Source of the DNA: Chiloscyllium plagiosum
Lineage: Eukaryota
DNA: 64,000 nt
Direction of reading: 5' to 3'
Assembly: GCF_004010195.1 (NCBI RefSeq)
Contig: NC_057753.1
Span: 4,624,887-4,688,886 of the forward strand
Shown: piece after piece, positions 61,891 to 64,000 of the stretch
Layout: every line of letters starts with the position of its first letter
Numbering within the stretch: the stretch's first letter is position 1
Notes under the pieces: model-generated
Database searches by the model: none
Told to the model about the DNA's origin: nothing
Seen by the model: only the letters and a program-made list of their open reading frames with translations
Translations under genes and position numbers: made by a program

Positions 61891-62931
61891 CGAAAAAAAA
61901 GTCACACCCGAACAAAGATGGTGCTGTCCAGATCATTACAGCACAGAGTAGAGTCAGCTTCTCAGCATCCGCTCACTAATATACACAGACGTTTCACTTC
62001 TTCTTGCAGTAACCGTTAGAAAAATGTCAAGACAAAATCTCAAACATTGACAGTAGAGCTTAGAAATCGCAGTTCGAGCAGTTCCCCAGTTGCAAGTGGA
62101 TGTGCACACAAGTCAGAATACAGCGCAAGACAACATAAAGCAGCAGTTTGTAAGTACAAGAAACTTTTGAATTTTGGATCTTTAAAGATGCTCCTCTATA
62201 CGAGATCTCTCCTTTAAGCACAAGTGATTGTAAGTCAAACGTTCATAAATCGGGGCCCCCCTGTAAATCTGTTGGAAAAATTTGGAAAGCAGGAATATAA
62301 TGGGATGTATGTGACACTGCGTGCAAGATGCTCCCTTTTGATGGACAGTCACAGCAAACAGTCTAATGGGCTGATACCACAAATGTACGAACAGATCTTG
62401 ATGAAAAGGGCTGTGGTGCGGCAAGGCACATCAATGGCTGGTAGCTGTTTTGCTATTTGAAGTAATCACTCCATTAGATGCATGGACCCAACTGTAACAA
62501 AGGGATTTTAATACGATGCTATATACTTTGGACATAGAAATGATGACAATAACGCAAAGTGGCCGAGCAGAGGCTCATAGTCTAGTTCGGTGCCCACGCG
62601 CATGGCTTCAACTGGGACCTTGGGTTCATGTCATGTTACTGGTGACCCTACTGCACTACATACTCTCTCTCACACACGTACACTCCTACAGACTCATACA
62701 CTCACGTACACCCTCTCTCACTCACAAGCTCTCTCTCATATGCTCACACATACACTCACATGCGCACATACACCCTCTCACAGACTTATACCCCTTTAGA
62801 TTCACACACATACACATACACACTCTCTCTCACAGACACTCCCCAGGTCTTTTTCAATATATAATTTCAATTACATTACACTGTAAGCTATTTCTATAAA
62901 TTCTGTATCTTACAAACTTATACTCCACAAC

Positions 62932-62966
62932 CACCTGATGAAGGAGTGGCGCTCCGAAAGCTAGTG
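62932..62966 (+). ncRNA. Putative minimal hammerhead ribozyme (family D)
   Basis: CAC-CTGATGA-A-GGAGT-GGC-GCTCC-GAAA-G-CTA-GTG, followed by the same tail as at 42840 (to ~63018). Confidence 0.68.
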
Positions 62967-63114
62967 CTTCCAATTAAACCTGTTGGACTATAACCTGGTG
63001 TTGTGTGATTTTTAACTGGGTATTTCCTAGACAGTGAAGAGGCGGAAGTGTGAAGAGATTTGGGTATTAAGGCACAGGCATCCTTCAAATATCATGTACA
63101 GGAGTAGGAAACAA

Positions 63115-63990
63115 TGAGACCATTAGACATAGGAGCAGAAATTAGGCCATTCAGCCCATCAAGTGCTCCGCCATTCAATCATGGCTGATAAGTTTCTCAA
63201 CCCCATTCTCCCACTTTCTCCCTGGAACCCTTGATCCCCTTGATACTCAAGAACCCATCTATCTCAGTCTTAAATATACTCAATGACCTGGCAACTCTCA
63301 GCCTCCTGTGGCAAAGAATTCCATAGATTTGCCACTCTCTGGCTAAAGTTTCTCTTTATCACCATTCTAAAAGGTCTTCCCTTTATTCTAAGGCCCTCTT
63401 GGGTCCTTGGCTCTCCTACCAATGGAAACATCTTCCTAACATCTACTCTGTCCTGCTCATTCAGTATTCTGTCAGAATAACAGAACAGAAACTCTGGTCA
63501 CTATATCACGAGGAGTAGAATACGAGGGAGTAGAAATCCTGCTGCAGTGACACCAAACCCTGGTTAGACCACACCTGGAGTCACTGTGAGCAACTCTAGG
63601 CTCCACTCTCAGGAAGGAAATGCTGACCTTGAAGGGAGAGCTGCGTAGATTTACCAGAACGATATCTGTTAAATTACAAGGAGAGATTCCACAAACTACA
63701 GTTGGATTCCTTGGAAGGTGGAAGGTTAGGGGAAGATTGGATCGGAGTTTTCAAGGGATCGAGAGGAACTGATGGTGGGGAGAGAAACTACATCCACTGG
63801 TTGGCAAATCTAGGATTGGGGGGCACAGACTGGAAATGAGAGCCAGACATTTCATGAGGGAAATCAAGAAACACTGGTTCACACAGAGTGTGAAAGGACT
63901 GCTGTTTATATTGTCTTGCGCAGTGTTCTGACTTGCGTACAAATCGACTTGCAAATGGCCTCTCTTCAGCAAAAGTCAATCAGTATTAAA
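63115..63990. mobile_element. Two degraded CR1/L2-type 3' fragments (63115-63470 -, 63490-63990 +)
   Basis: Tail ataggagcagaaattaggccattcagccc and aaaccctggttagaccacacctggag (TLVRPHLE). Confidence 0.6.
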
Positions 63991-64000
63991 TCAACTGAAA

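Overview
Repeat-dense vertebrate genomic DNA, most likely from a shark or other elasmobranch. This is inferred from HE1/V-SINE-like SINEs, CR1 (HER1-like) LINEs and the style of the zinc-finger genes. The window opens with a >10.6-kb 18/19-bp satellite and has five assembly gaps. It holds three C2H2 zinc-finger coding exons: two truncated by gaps on +, and one complete on - with no effector domain. There is also a CpG-rich promoter-like region near 59.1-59.45 kb, a strong CTCF-like site, and many nested transposon relics (CR1, SINEs, Penelope-like elements, a Gypsy pol fragment, Tigger-like MITEs, putative solo LTRs). The most notable signal is at least five distinct short Penelope-derived repeat families that each carry a minimal type-I hammerhead ribozyme fold (CUGANGA / stem II / GAAA / NUH) with covarying stems. 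They often occur as 120-370-bp insertions or near-perfect hairpins flanked by target-site duplications. Repeat boundaries are read by eye and approximate; no database searches were run.
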